Positions 1 to 9,430 of a stretch of DNA of 64,000 nt are shown here, piece by piece; the first letter of the stretch is position 1; every line of letters starts with the position of its first letter. The translations under genes were made by a program, and so were the position numbers. Under the pieces are notes generated by a model, which saw nothing but the letters and a program-made list of their open reading frames with translations, was not told the origin of the DNA and did not search any database. The DNA lies in the NCBI GenBank assembly GCA_977018835.1, contig OZ361257.1, positions 806,001 to 870,000 of the forward strand. Direction: 5' to 3'. This stretch comes from Minutocellus sp. GHC0000111. Lineage: Eukaryota.

Positions 1-2
1 GG

Positions 3-665
3 GAAGCCGCCACGGCCACAATGAAGCAACTGCGCAGTACTGCAGCACCAGGCGCCAGTTGGGAGGTGACAGGACTCAGCCTCGGGGCCATATGGTACGA
101 GCTGCTGTCGGGAGAGAGCACCGTCCAAACGCAGAACTTCGAAAGCGGGGAGACCATGGACACGACCAACGAAACGATTGAGTACAGACTGACCCCCGAC
201 TACCGCGATCTGAATGGTGCGCGAGATTTGCTATCGCAGACGCCCGAGGCCAAGGCCGCGTTGGAGAAGAGTGGGGCCTTCTCCAGCCCGTATGGGGATG
301 TGCCCGTGTTCATGGACTTTCAAATTCGAATGGAAGAGAAGCAGGCGGATGGCACGCGGGCGGAGAGATTTCCGCTGTACCTGGCCCTGCAGGATATGGT
401 GGAAACGTGCCAACAATTTGTAAACGCTGGAGGTGCCGATGCGCAGGGTGGAACGTACGAGGCCAAGGTCAACGTGGCCAAGTTGGACAGCCTGGTGGAG
501 CAGATGCAGGCTGAGGAAGGTAGCACCGTGGATTGGAGGAAGGCTCTGCTCATCCCACCGACGCCCCTGCCTGAGAAGCCAGTGGCCTCCGAGCAACCCC
601 CGGCCGCCGAGGATGACAGCACAAAGGGATACAGCCCGAGCATGAACGACAATTGGGCCGACTAA
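3..665 (+). CDS. 5'-partial Tic22-like protein
   Basis: Frame is open from the window edge. GDVPVF and FPLYLALQDMV segments resemble the Tic22 family; strong coding-like codon usage. Confidence 0.5.
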   Translation, partial: EAATATMKQLRSTAAPGASWEVTGLSLGAIWYELLSGESTVQTQNFESGETMDTTNETIEYRLTPDYRDLNGARDLLSQTPEAKAALEKSGAFSSPYGDVPVFMDFQIRMEEKQADGTRAERFPLYLALQDMVETCQQFVNAGGADAQGGTYEAKVNVAKLDSLVEQMQAEEGSTVDWRKALLIPPTPLPEKPVASEQPPAAEDDSTKGYSPSMNDNWAD

Positions 666-704
666 TATTCATATAATAGATTTATTAAGCATAAGCAGTG
701 TTAT

Positions 705-1328
705 CTACCACTTGGACACGCGGGTGTCCTCCGGCTTGCGATCCCTCATAAAGTACAGCTTGGCCCGCTTCACCTTCCGCTTGCCCTTGTAGACGAAGTT
801 CTCCTCCAGCACCTTGACGCTCTTGATCAGCGGGCTGTGCAAACACACCTTGCGCTCGATGGGGGTGCCCATGACGACGTCGCGGAGGATGACGCTGGTG
901 GCCAAACCGCGGTGGGTCTTGCCCAGCACCACGCCGCGCAGCTTCTCCACGTCGGTGCTGTCGACGCCGCCCTGGTTGACGGAGGTGATCTCGATGGCAT
1001 CGCCAACGCGGACGTTGGTCGACCAAATGTCTGGGTTGGCGTCCTTGGACTTGGCGACGACCTCGTCGTTCAGGTCGGAGAGGAGCTTGGAGGCGCGCTT
1101 CCGCGGGGATTTGAACTTGGGCTTGGGCTTTTCGTGGCGGTTGAAGTGAAAGTAGTGCATTTCGTCCGTGTGGCCGGTGGTGGTCTCATCGCTATCGGCG
1201 GTGTCGGGGACGGAGGAGAAGGGCGCCCGGGCGGCACATGATGATGTGGCGGTGTTCCGCGAGAGGCCCGATACGAGGGATACCGCGCGCTGAGGCCGGG
1301 CAATATGCGACGCCAGCGGTCTCAACAT
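705..1328 (-). CDS. MRPL19: Mitochondrial ribosomal protein L19 (bL19m)
   Basis: VRVGDAIEI, GVVLGK, ILRDVVMGTPIER, LHSPLIKSVKVL and KVKRAKLYFMRD are L19 motifs. Arg/Ser-rich N-terminal presequence. Confidence 0.93.
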   Translation of the reverse strand: MLRPLASHIARPQRAVSLVSGLSRNTATSSCAARAPFSSVPDTADSDETTTGHTDEMHYFHFNRHEKPKPKFKSPRKRASKLLSDLNDEVVAKSKDANPDIWSTNVRVGDAIEITSVNQGGVDSTDVEKLRGVVLGKTHRGLATSVILRDVVMGTPIERKVCLHSPLIKSVKVLEENFVYKGKRKVKRAKLYFMRDRKPEDTRVSKW

Positions 1329-1559
1329 GGTGCTTATTGGGCAATGGATGAAGGAGTAAGGCGGAGGAGTCAGGGGAGGCTGGTAGCAGAGGCGACGGCG
1401 GTGGTATGGTTAGTTTGGCATCGAGGCGAGCGGCGAGAGGGAACGCGACGACGGACAGGCTTCCTAACTGTTGGTCTGTACGTCGCCCGGCCGGCCTGCT
1501 GCTGCCCAGCTTCGTATCAAATTTACGCCGGTATGCTATGGTGACAAGAGACTACCGAT

Positions 1560-4499
1560 ATGCAGCAACAGCGCACCACTTCAAATTCGCCAACCACCGC
1601 AGCGATGCTTCTGCTTGCATTGTTGCTGTTCGCCGGCGAGAGAACGGGCCCAGGAGGGATTCAATTTGCATCGGCAGCAGTACATGATGTAGGAACGTCC
1701 AGTCCATTTCCTCCTGCGTTCGTCACACCAAGGACGACGACTCCACGATATGAGCAGCAGCGCAGTGGTAGCTGCCGCGATGGACATGCGTTCGATTCTG
1801 TAAGTCAGCGAAAGCAGAAGAAACGCATGAGTGGTTGGTTTGAGTCAAGGCTCCATCAATCGACAGTGGCCGTCGCTGAGCCTCGGTCTCGAAATTCGAC
1901 ACATGAGGCTGCTGCCTCTGCTGCATTGGATGCCACAGTATTTGCCTTTGGCAATGCGACGACTGCTTCTACCGCGGCGACGACGACAGCCCGAAGAGAA
2001 GACAGCAAAATATCAAGAGGATATTTTCCAGAAGACATCGTGACAAGGGCAGCTGGTGAGTTGGACTCAGACTTTGTCGAGCCCGACGATCGGCACGCAG
2101 AAGGAGTCGACGCTTTGGCCAATTGCTTTGCACCTAGAAGCAGCGTTATCAGCAATAATTTTGGTGGTGGAGGCAATAACGACAACATCGACAGCAACGA
2201 TACTGGGCCAATTAATGACGACCAAGATGATGATTGCCGCCGAGCCCACGCTCTTGCTCCGCCTGGATACGGCAAGACGCTGCTTGCTCTTCAAACCATG
2301 GCGGAACTCCGAGCTCGTGGTGAGCCCATCAACACTGCGCTGTACGTCGTGCCAACCATCACACTTGTCGATCAAGCATTGGCAGCCTGTGACGAATATG
2401 GAATCTTTCGAAATGTACCTCACAACAGAATGATTGTAGCAAGCAAAACCAGTCGTAAGGAGAAGCGCACCACCAAGGCCGAGGTCATTGCCGAATTCTT
2501 GGAGTCGTCTCTTGCACATAACGAAACATCCTTTCTCGCGTGTACCTACAAATCGCTGCATCGAGTTGGCGAGGCATTGCGCATCATTCAGCAACGGCGT
2601 GGATTAGACTCACCTCCCTCGATTGACTTTGCAACATTCGATGAGGCCCACAATACGGAAGGATGCGCCGAGACAACGGCCTACGGGTTGTATGACGACA
2701 ATATTTAAATCCACCGACGGTTCTTTGTAACGGGGACGGCCAAGAATTACACCGACACCCCCCAACGACTGCAGGTGCTTGGGAGCAAGGTGAATGGCAA
2801 GGATGGATCGCGCAGCCTTGTCACCAAACGCTCTTCTCCCGAAAAAGAAGAATCCGACCGGATCAAGGCCCGTTCCTTTCGAAATAGAGATTTGTATGGG
2901 CCTTGTCTCTTTCGCAAGACAAATCAGGACTGCGTGGACAGCAACATTACCGTTCCAGTCAAGCTATGCTGCTTGAGCAAGAAGGAAATGTTTTCGGAGC
3001 TTGGTCGCGAGCTCAACATATCCTCCTACACGCGAGATGAGATTGTTCCCTTTGCCATCATGGCGGCGTATTCCAAGCTCAACACTACCAAAGGTGTATC
3101 CTTTCATTCGTTGGTTGCTCGGTCGGAAGAATTTGTGGAGTTAGCGAAACCTCAATTCGAAGAGATGGGATTTTATATCTCGCACGTCAATGGCAAAATG
3201 CGTGCCGCTGAACAGGAGCGACGACTGACAAAAGCCAGAAGTGTTGCGAAATCTCACATGGCCAATTGTCAACTGTGGCGAGAGGGCGTCGACGTGCCAG
3301 AGTGGGACCTAGTAGTGGTAGCCGATGCCGTTTCGAATCATGTTATAGCCCAGCAAATTATCGGCCGTGTGAGTCGTCGGAATCCCGGCAAAGAATGTGG
3401 ATATGTGTTTATTCCGGATCTCTTTGACGAAGAAAATGGCATCGAGGCCGGTAGCGAGGGATACGATGCGTTTGTATCGATATTTCAGGCCATGATGGCC
3501 GATGATCCTCAATTGGAGAAGGATGTGCTGTTTGTATCGGGCGAGAATGCAGAGAATCGCACGCTGGATGTCACCGAATATCCTGCCAGGTTGAAGGAGA
3601 GATTCCAATTGCCACCTTCAGTACCGTTACCGGTTCAGCAAGAATTTATTCGCAACATTGTTGTGGAGGTGGGAGGAAATAAGGGCAAGGATTCTGTGTG
3701 GATGGGTTGGTATAATTTACTGAAAAAGTATAAAAAGCGGGAGGGTGACTGCTTGGTTCACCAAGAGCATGTCGAGGAAGGGAGAAATCTTGGTGCGTGG
3801 GTTAGCATGCAACGAATAGCTCTACGAAATGGAAGTATGACGAGTGGATGCAAGGAGATGCTGGATAAGATTGGATTCTGTTGGGATGTGCGAGAAAGTG
3901 TATGGCAAGAGAACTATGCCCTGCTGAAAAAGTATAAAGAGCGGGAGGGCGATTGCTTGGTTCCAGATAGGCATGTTGAGAAGGGCAAAAGGCTTGGTAA
4001 TTGGGTCAATAGGCAACGAATAGCTCTACGAAATGGAAGTATGACGAGTGGATGCAAGGAGATGCTGGATAAGATTGGATTCTGTTGGGATGTGCGAGAA
4101 AGTGTATGGCAAGAACATTATGCGACCTTGAAGGAATGCCAGGAGCGAAATGGGCATTGCATGGTGTCGAAAAATGAGCTGGACGATGACAATAAGCTTT
4201 ACAAGTGGATGTTGAGGCAACGTGATGATTTGAAGAAGGGCAAACTGACTGCTGAACGCAAGAAGTTGCTGAATGAGATTGGATTCTGTTGGGATGTATT
4301 AGATTATGAATGGGAACTCAGTTTCAATCTTCTAGAGCAGTATGCCAAACGAGAAGGTCACTGCAGGATTCCACAGAGGCACAAGGAGGACGGGGAGAAT
4401 CTTGGTCGATGGCTGACCGACCAGAAACAAGCGCATAAGAAGGGCAAGCTTGATCCAGAGAGGTACCGCAAGCTCAATGAGTTGGGCGTTGTGTGGTAG
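1560..4499 (+). CDS. SF2 (type III restriction Res-like) helicase with four C-terminal helicase-associated (HA) domains; interrupted by one in-frame TAA at 2706-2708
   Basis: Walker A APPGYGKT, VVPTITLVDQ and FDEAH precede the TAA. The same frame continues IHRRFFVTGTA (motif III), EGVDVP and QQIIGRVSR (motif VI), then four W..Y..L..Y...G.C.VP..LG.W...QR..L..IGF.W repeats. Confidence 0.85.
3809..4114 (+). repeat. Identical 102-bp direct repeat (3809-3910 and 4013-4114) within HA domains 1-2
   Basis: GCAACGAATAGCTCTACG...GTGTATGGCAAGA occurs twice, 204 bp (68 codons) apart. Confidence 0.95.
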
Positions 4500-4608
4500 A
4501 TCTACTACATACAGCAGCTAAGTATAAAGACAAGATTATTCCTACAATTACACTCACATATTCATATCTGAAATGCATTTTGAAAGTTCTTTCACGCAAT
4601 CGCTCCTT

Positions 4609-7600
4609 CTACAGATGCGCTGAAACATTGTCACCTTTGGCATACGAATAGTATTGATTATTGGAGAAGCCAAGCCGAGCGAGATTCTTCCTCATGGCCG
4701 CTTCGAATACTGGCGGGCCGCACGTAACGACAATGTCTCCCTCCGTCGGCGGATACACGAGGTGCTTGATTATGTCGTGGCGTTCCACAAAGCCGACCCC
4801 CTCCGTCCAACCAAGAGGTGGCCGATTGAGAATAACATAAAACCGGAATTGCAAGGGAATTTGATCTCGCACCGTTTCCAAAATCTTCATGTACGCCAAG
4901 TCATGCATCTCCTCGGCAGCGTAAATGAGATTGAGCTGAAACTTTGGCAACGGTCCGGGATGAGAACGGACGTAGTGACCGTACGCTCGGATGATTTGAA
5001 TCATCGGCGCTATGCCAGTACCACCGGCGAGAAGGCCGATCCTTTTCACATCGCTACCACGGAAGAGAATGCGTTCTGGCTCAAATTTGAGACGAAGGCC
5101 GCCCATCGCACACATGTAAAGGGTGCTTCCGGGACGAGAAAGCTCGAGAAGACGGGTGATGGGCCCACCCTTCGAATCGGCACGAGCCAAAAGTCCAATA
5201 ACTCCCTCATCCGATGGACGAGTAATTGGAGAAAAATACCCCATCAAGGTTTCGCCATCCAACTCACCTCGTAGGGCTATGAATTGGCCGATGTCCATTC
5301 CCGAGTGCTGCAAAGATCCGTGCATGTTGAAGCGGACCTCTCGGGTGTTCATTCCGTACTTTTTGTCGGTGTTTCGAACTTCTCTGAGAACTACGGGAAC
5401 CCATTTTGACTCGGAGTGTCCATCGTCAGACTTGGCATCAGGGAACATTACGGGCTCAGAATGCTTTACGGTGGCAGCTCTTTCACCAGCAATGCGACCG
5501 AATACCACACACTCCAGCAGCGAATTTCCTCCAAGGCGATTGGATCCGTGGACACCGCCAGTAACCTCTCCGGCCGCAAACAGCCCTCGAATGTGGCGAT
5601 GAGACCCCACAATCGACTCGATTCGCTCCTGTACTTCACCCGTTGGATTAATGTTGAGGCCGCCCATTGTGTAGTGAGTCGATGGTGTGACTCTCGCCAC
5701 GACAAGGCCGGTGCTTTCCGGGGTCAGCATGGAAGGAAAGACGTCCTTATGCGTGTGCTTGCAGGTACCAAGCCGAGCAGCTTCTTGGTATTCTCGAAGG
5801 GTTTGGACCAGGTCGTTTTCGTCGCACCCAATCAAGGTAGCAACAACACTAACATCTTCGCAGTCCGCAAAGAGCCCGAGCTTTCCCTTGTAGAAGGAGA
5901 GAACGGACGGTCCAAAGAGTTCCTGTGCCTGCTGGCCAAGAATGCACCAGGCAAACGGTGGACCTTCATAGCCATCTTCGCTTTTATAGTTGGAGCAATG
6001 CGTCTGGACAGCCTTAGCGACGACCGAACGCAAGTCCAACTCATTAACAAAGCGCCTACCTTCTGAATTTACGAGAATGCCACCGGAGCCTCGAATAGCC
6101 TCGGGCGCGAGGTACTTGGTCGGATTGCTGGGATCCGCAGGGTCAATGAATCCAGTAGGGTGTAGCTGAACTTCGTCCATGTCCACAAGCTCGGCGCCAA
6201 GTTCTTCTCCTAGAACGACGCCATCGCCCTGCGCAAAAGAGCCGTTGGTAGTAGGTGTTCCTAACAAATCCGGTCGGAAGCGAGCCATGAGCCCATCAGG
6301 CGACTGGCTGCAACCAAACCCACCTGTGGCCAATACAACTGCGTCTGCGTGGATTTCTTCTGCGTTATTGACTTCGACGCCGGTGACCGTCTTGACTCCT
6401 TGTTCGTCGACGGAGTGGAGGAGCTTCGTGACGGTCATGCCACACCGCACCTCAATCCTTTCGGCGTATTGAACATCGATTGTGTCCTTCAGTGTAGACG
6501 TAATCTTCCATCCGATCGGCACCGGTCGGCCATCAACGGGAGGAGCACGATGGGTCCGCTTAGCGCTGTGTCCACCCAGCTGCGACAGGACAGTCAGGGG
6601 TACTCCATGTCGATGCTTAAGCCAATGGATTGCATCGGCGCTCTTGGACGATAACGTCCTGACCAGACTGAAGTCAGTTCTGGCGTTTCTTCCTGATCGA
6701 AAAGTATCTCGCTCGAAAAGCCTCTCCTCATCGGCGACACCTAACTCTGCCTGCGTGTCTGTTCCCCAACCATTTATGCCCGAAGTTGCCTTGGCCGAGT
6801 TGCCGCCAGTTTTGGGCTCTTTTTCTAGAAGGACCACCTTTGCCCTAGCATCGGCAGCCTCAATGGCAGCGCTCATGCCTGCAAGGCCACTACCAACAAC
6901 AATGGCAGTGGCCGCCTCATGGCGATCGAGTCGACGCTGTCGATCGTGCTCAGACTCGATACCCGGCACAAGCAAACGAATGATGCGAGGACCACTACGA
7001 GAGAAAAGCAAGTAGTCTGAAACTGGCACCTTATAGCCTGTGCGAAATATGTCGAGCATTGCGCGTGCCTGCGATGGATCTTCCCGACTAATGGAAGCGG
7101 TCGCAAGAGCATCGGCAACCATGCAGCTCTTCGCAACCACTACCGCCTGGGCCAAGGTGGTTTGATTAACTTCGAGGAGCCGACCGAGGTGTGGATTGAT
7201 GACATGCGAATACAGCTTGCCATCTCGTTCGATGACCTCTGGAGACATTAAAAATAAAACATGATGTAGCAACATGCATGCATGAGCGGCCACGGCGTTG
7301 AAAAGAACAAACACACATGAATGTGCATGATGCAAGAAAAAGCAATGACTTGGTCCACACTCACTCTCGTAATCGCCAGACGTCGCCACGGCCTCGCCAT
7401 CTTTGAGCTCCAAGATAGCCAAATATTCTCGTTCAGCGCCGCCATTCTTGGTATCCTCATCCTTTTGATGCTCGTCGGCCAGCACAAATACCGGTCCGAC
7501 CTGTCCAGCTCGCTTAGCCCGAGCCACCCTCGTCTTGAGTTCTGCCAGAGTCGGCGGCTCGGGCACGGCCACCACCCAATTGCGGCCCGATGGATGCTTG

Positions 7601-8688
7601 CCTCGAACCTTGATGTCACCACCCCACTCCACGTAGCAGGGAGATGGCAAGGCCTCGGCAATCTTGTCTACCGCCCATCCCTTGGCAATACCGGACAGAT
7701 CCAGACGGGCATCGACGTGCTTCTTACGGATCTTGACGATCTCTACTCCACCCTCTCCAGATTTGGATGATAGGCCGCTCTCTCCTCGGCGCACCTCCGA
7801 TATGCCCCTCCACAGTTTGCCTCGTGGCGATTGCAAATCGCCATTGTTGGTATTTCTAGCATTGCTGCTGCCATTACCGTTGACGACAATCTCAGATTCC
7901 ACCCCAACACTGAAGGCGTTGGCCCATTGACCCACCTCAAGCAATCGTCGGACGGTGCGGGTAACTCTGGCATCGGATGGATCACCGGCGAATCCCGCCG
8001 ACAGCAACGATCTCCAATAGTCCACCACGACGCGCTGCCGGCGGATGGTTTCGACGTCGACGTCGTTGCGTTCATTGTTATCATTGCCATCATTGTCTTC
8101 GGATAGAGTCGAATCCGATCGCTCTGCAATGGGAGAGAGCGGCGCCGACGATGGACCGCCATTGGATACGCCGTTGCTGCTGGTTCCGGTATTGTTGGCC
8201 GCTGCCGCCGCAAGGCGTGTCCTGGATCGGCCGGCCATATCCTCGTAATGCGCCAGAAGCGGCGCCACACTGGGATCGAATGCTCCTCGGGTCATCTTGA
8301 CCAATTCCTTGCTGCACAGCACCACCTCCTTCAGGGCGTCGGACATGGCATGCGTTTCGTCGGTGCTGACCATGACATTCACTTTGTTGACCTCGCTGTC
8401 GGGATTGAAATTGGACGATTTGGATTCGCATTCGGCGAATACGGAGGAGGCAATCTGTTCCATTCGTACGAGGGCGGTATCAGGGTCGGTAATGTTGGGC
8501 AGAAAGGACGAGGCGGCGCATTTGATGGTGTAGGGCATCGAGCAGCGAGTTCCACTGAGAGTGATTAGATCGGCGTTGGAGGATGCGCCATCGGCATCGG
8601 TGGGGAGCTTGGGCCGGACAAAGTCAACGGATCCCACGACGCGGGAGGTTCGGGTTTCCCCGTCGGGAGCGTGGGCGTGGGGTGGCAT
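4609..8688 (-). CDS. NADH-dependent fumarate reductase: ApbE flavin transferase + FAD-binding FRD + cytochrome b5 reductase-like fusion; intron 7239-7364; C-terminal AHL
   Basis: ApbE motifs FDPSVAP, LDLSGIAKGWAVD, EWGGD, ATSGDYE, ADALAT. FRD motifs VGSGLAG, GGNSAKATSGIN, QLHPTG, HYTMGG, GVHGSNRLGGNSLLECVVFG. b5R motifs AGGTGIAPM, CGPP. Removing the GT..AG intron gives GDYEKVIERDG. Confidence 0.93.
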   Translation of the reverse strand: MPPHAHAPDGETRTSRVVGSVDFVRPKLPTDADGASSNADLITLSGTRCSMPYTIKCAASSFLPNITDPDTALVRMEQIASSVFAECESKSSNFNPDSEVNKVNVMVSTDETHAMSDALKEVVLCSKELVKMTRGAFDPSVAPLLAHYEDMAGRSRTRLAAAAANNTGTSSNGVSNGGPSSAPLSPIAERSDSTLSEDNDGNDNNERNDVDVETIRRQRVVVDYWRSLLSAGFAGDPSDARVTRTVRRLLEVGQWANAFSVGVESEIVVNGNGSSNARNTNNGDLQSPRGKLWRGISEVRRGESGLSSKSGEGGVEIVKIRKKHVDARLDLSGIAKGWAVDKIAEALPSPCYVEWGGDIKVRGKHPSGRNWVVAVPEPPTLAELKTRVARAKRAGQVGPVFVLADEHQKDEDTKNGGAEREYLAILELKDGEAVATSGDYESECGPSHCFFLHHAHSCVFVLFNAVAAHACMLLHHVLFLMSPEVIERDGKLYSHVINPHLGRLLEVNQTTLAQAVVVAKSCMVADALATASISREDPSQARAMLDIFRTGYKVPVSDYLLFSRSGPRIIRLLVPGIESEHDRQRRLDRHEAATAIVVGSGLAGMSAAIEAADARAKVVLLEKEPKTGGNSAKATSGINGWGTDTQAELGVADEERLFERDTFRSGRNARTDFSLVRTLSSKSADAIHWLKHRHGVPLTVLSQLGGHSAKRTHRAPPVDGRPVPIGWKITSTLKDTIDVQYAERIEVRCGMTVTKLLHSVDEQGVKTVTGVEVNNAEEIHADAVVLATGGFGCSQSPDGLMARFRPDLLGTPTTNGSFAQGDGVVLGEELGAELVDMDEVQLHPTGFIDPADPSNPTKYLAPEAIRGSGGILVNSEGRRFVNELDLRSVVAKAVQTHCSNYKSEDGYEGPPFAWCILGQQAQELFGPSVLSFYKGKLGLFADCEDVSVVATLIGCDENDLVQTLREYQEAARLGTCKHTHKDVFPSMLTPESTGLVVARVTPSTHYTMGGLNINPTGEVQERIESIVGSHRHIRGLFAAGEVTGGVHGSNRLGGNSLLECVVFGRIAGERAATVKHSEPVMFPDAKSDDGHSESKWVPVVLREVRNTDKKYGMNTREVRFNMHGSLQHSGMDIGQFIALRGELDGETLMGYFSPITRPSDEGVIGLLARADSKGGPITRLLELSRPGSTLYMCAMGGLRLKFEPERILFRGSDVKRIGLLAGGTGIAPMIQIIRAYGHYVRSHPGPLPKFQLNLIYAAEEMHDLAYMKILETVRDQIPLQFRFYVILNRPPLGWTEGVGFVERHDIIKHLVYPPTEGDIVVTCGPPVFEAAMRKNLARLGFSNNQYYSYAKGDNVSAHL

Positions 8689-9430
8689 ATCTTATGTTGT
8701 GTGATGTGTTGTATTGTGTACCTTTTGATTGATTTGCTATGCGTTTGCTGTTTTGTGTATCTGTTGATTGATGGTATTGTGCGTCGAGATCGAAGATGTA
8801 CAATGGCACGCGATTATCAAAGTTGAACCAGAACCCAATCTTCGTCTTCGAGCTGCCGTATCTTTTGACTGGGCTGGATCTCGGCAATGGGAGCAAAAAT
8901 GGATTTTGAGGGGAGGACTTGATTTGGTTTCTGAATGACGCCCAATTCTCTGGTCCCGCGAGTCACAGTCATTGCCGAGCCAAAAGGGTTGATACCCTAA
9001 TTTCCCACACCTCGCAGGCATTTCGATGACCCCAGCAGCAAACCAGCGTCATGTGAACCGCACCAACCCCCCACAATCATTGTTGCCGAGGCTGAGCTGG
9101 AGAACACCGTTCCCATTCATACATTCAGAGAGTCAAGGAAGGAAAACAGACTGATTGGTCATTGCGTTCGACCTGATCTATCTCTTGGTATCTCTCGAGC
9201 TGGTCTTGCATACCGATCAGACATTCTCGATCGATAGGAAATCCAATTGCCCCTCCAGAAGGAATCAATCGAGCCGTCTGATCTCTCGTTTGCCGAAAGA
9301 CTCTTTCCTCCACGAATAGAATTAGCTGAAGGGAAAATCAAACGAGGCATCGGTCCAGTGACCCTTTCCTATCCCTGCCGCCATCCATCTCTTTCTCTTT
9401 GCTGAAAATTAAAGAAAAGCAACACAAGAC

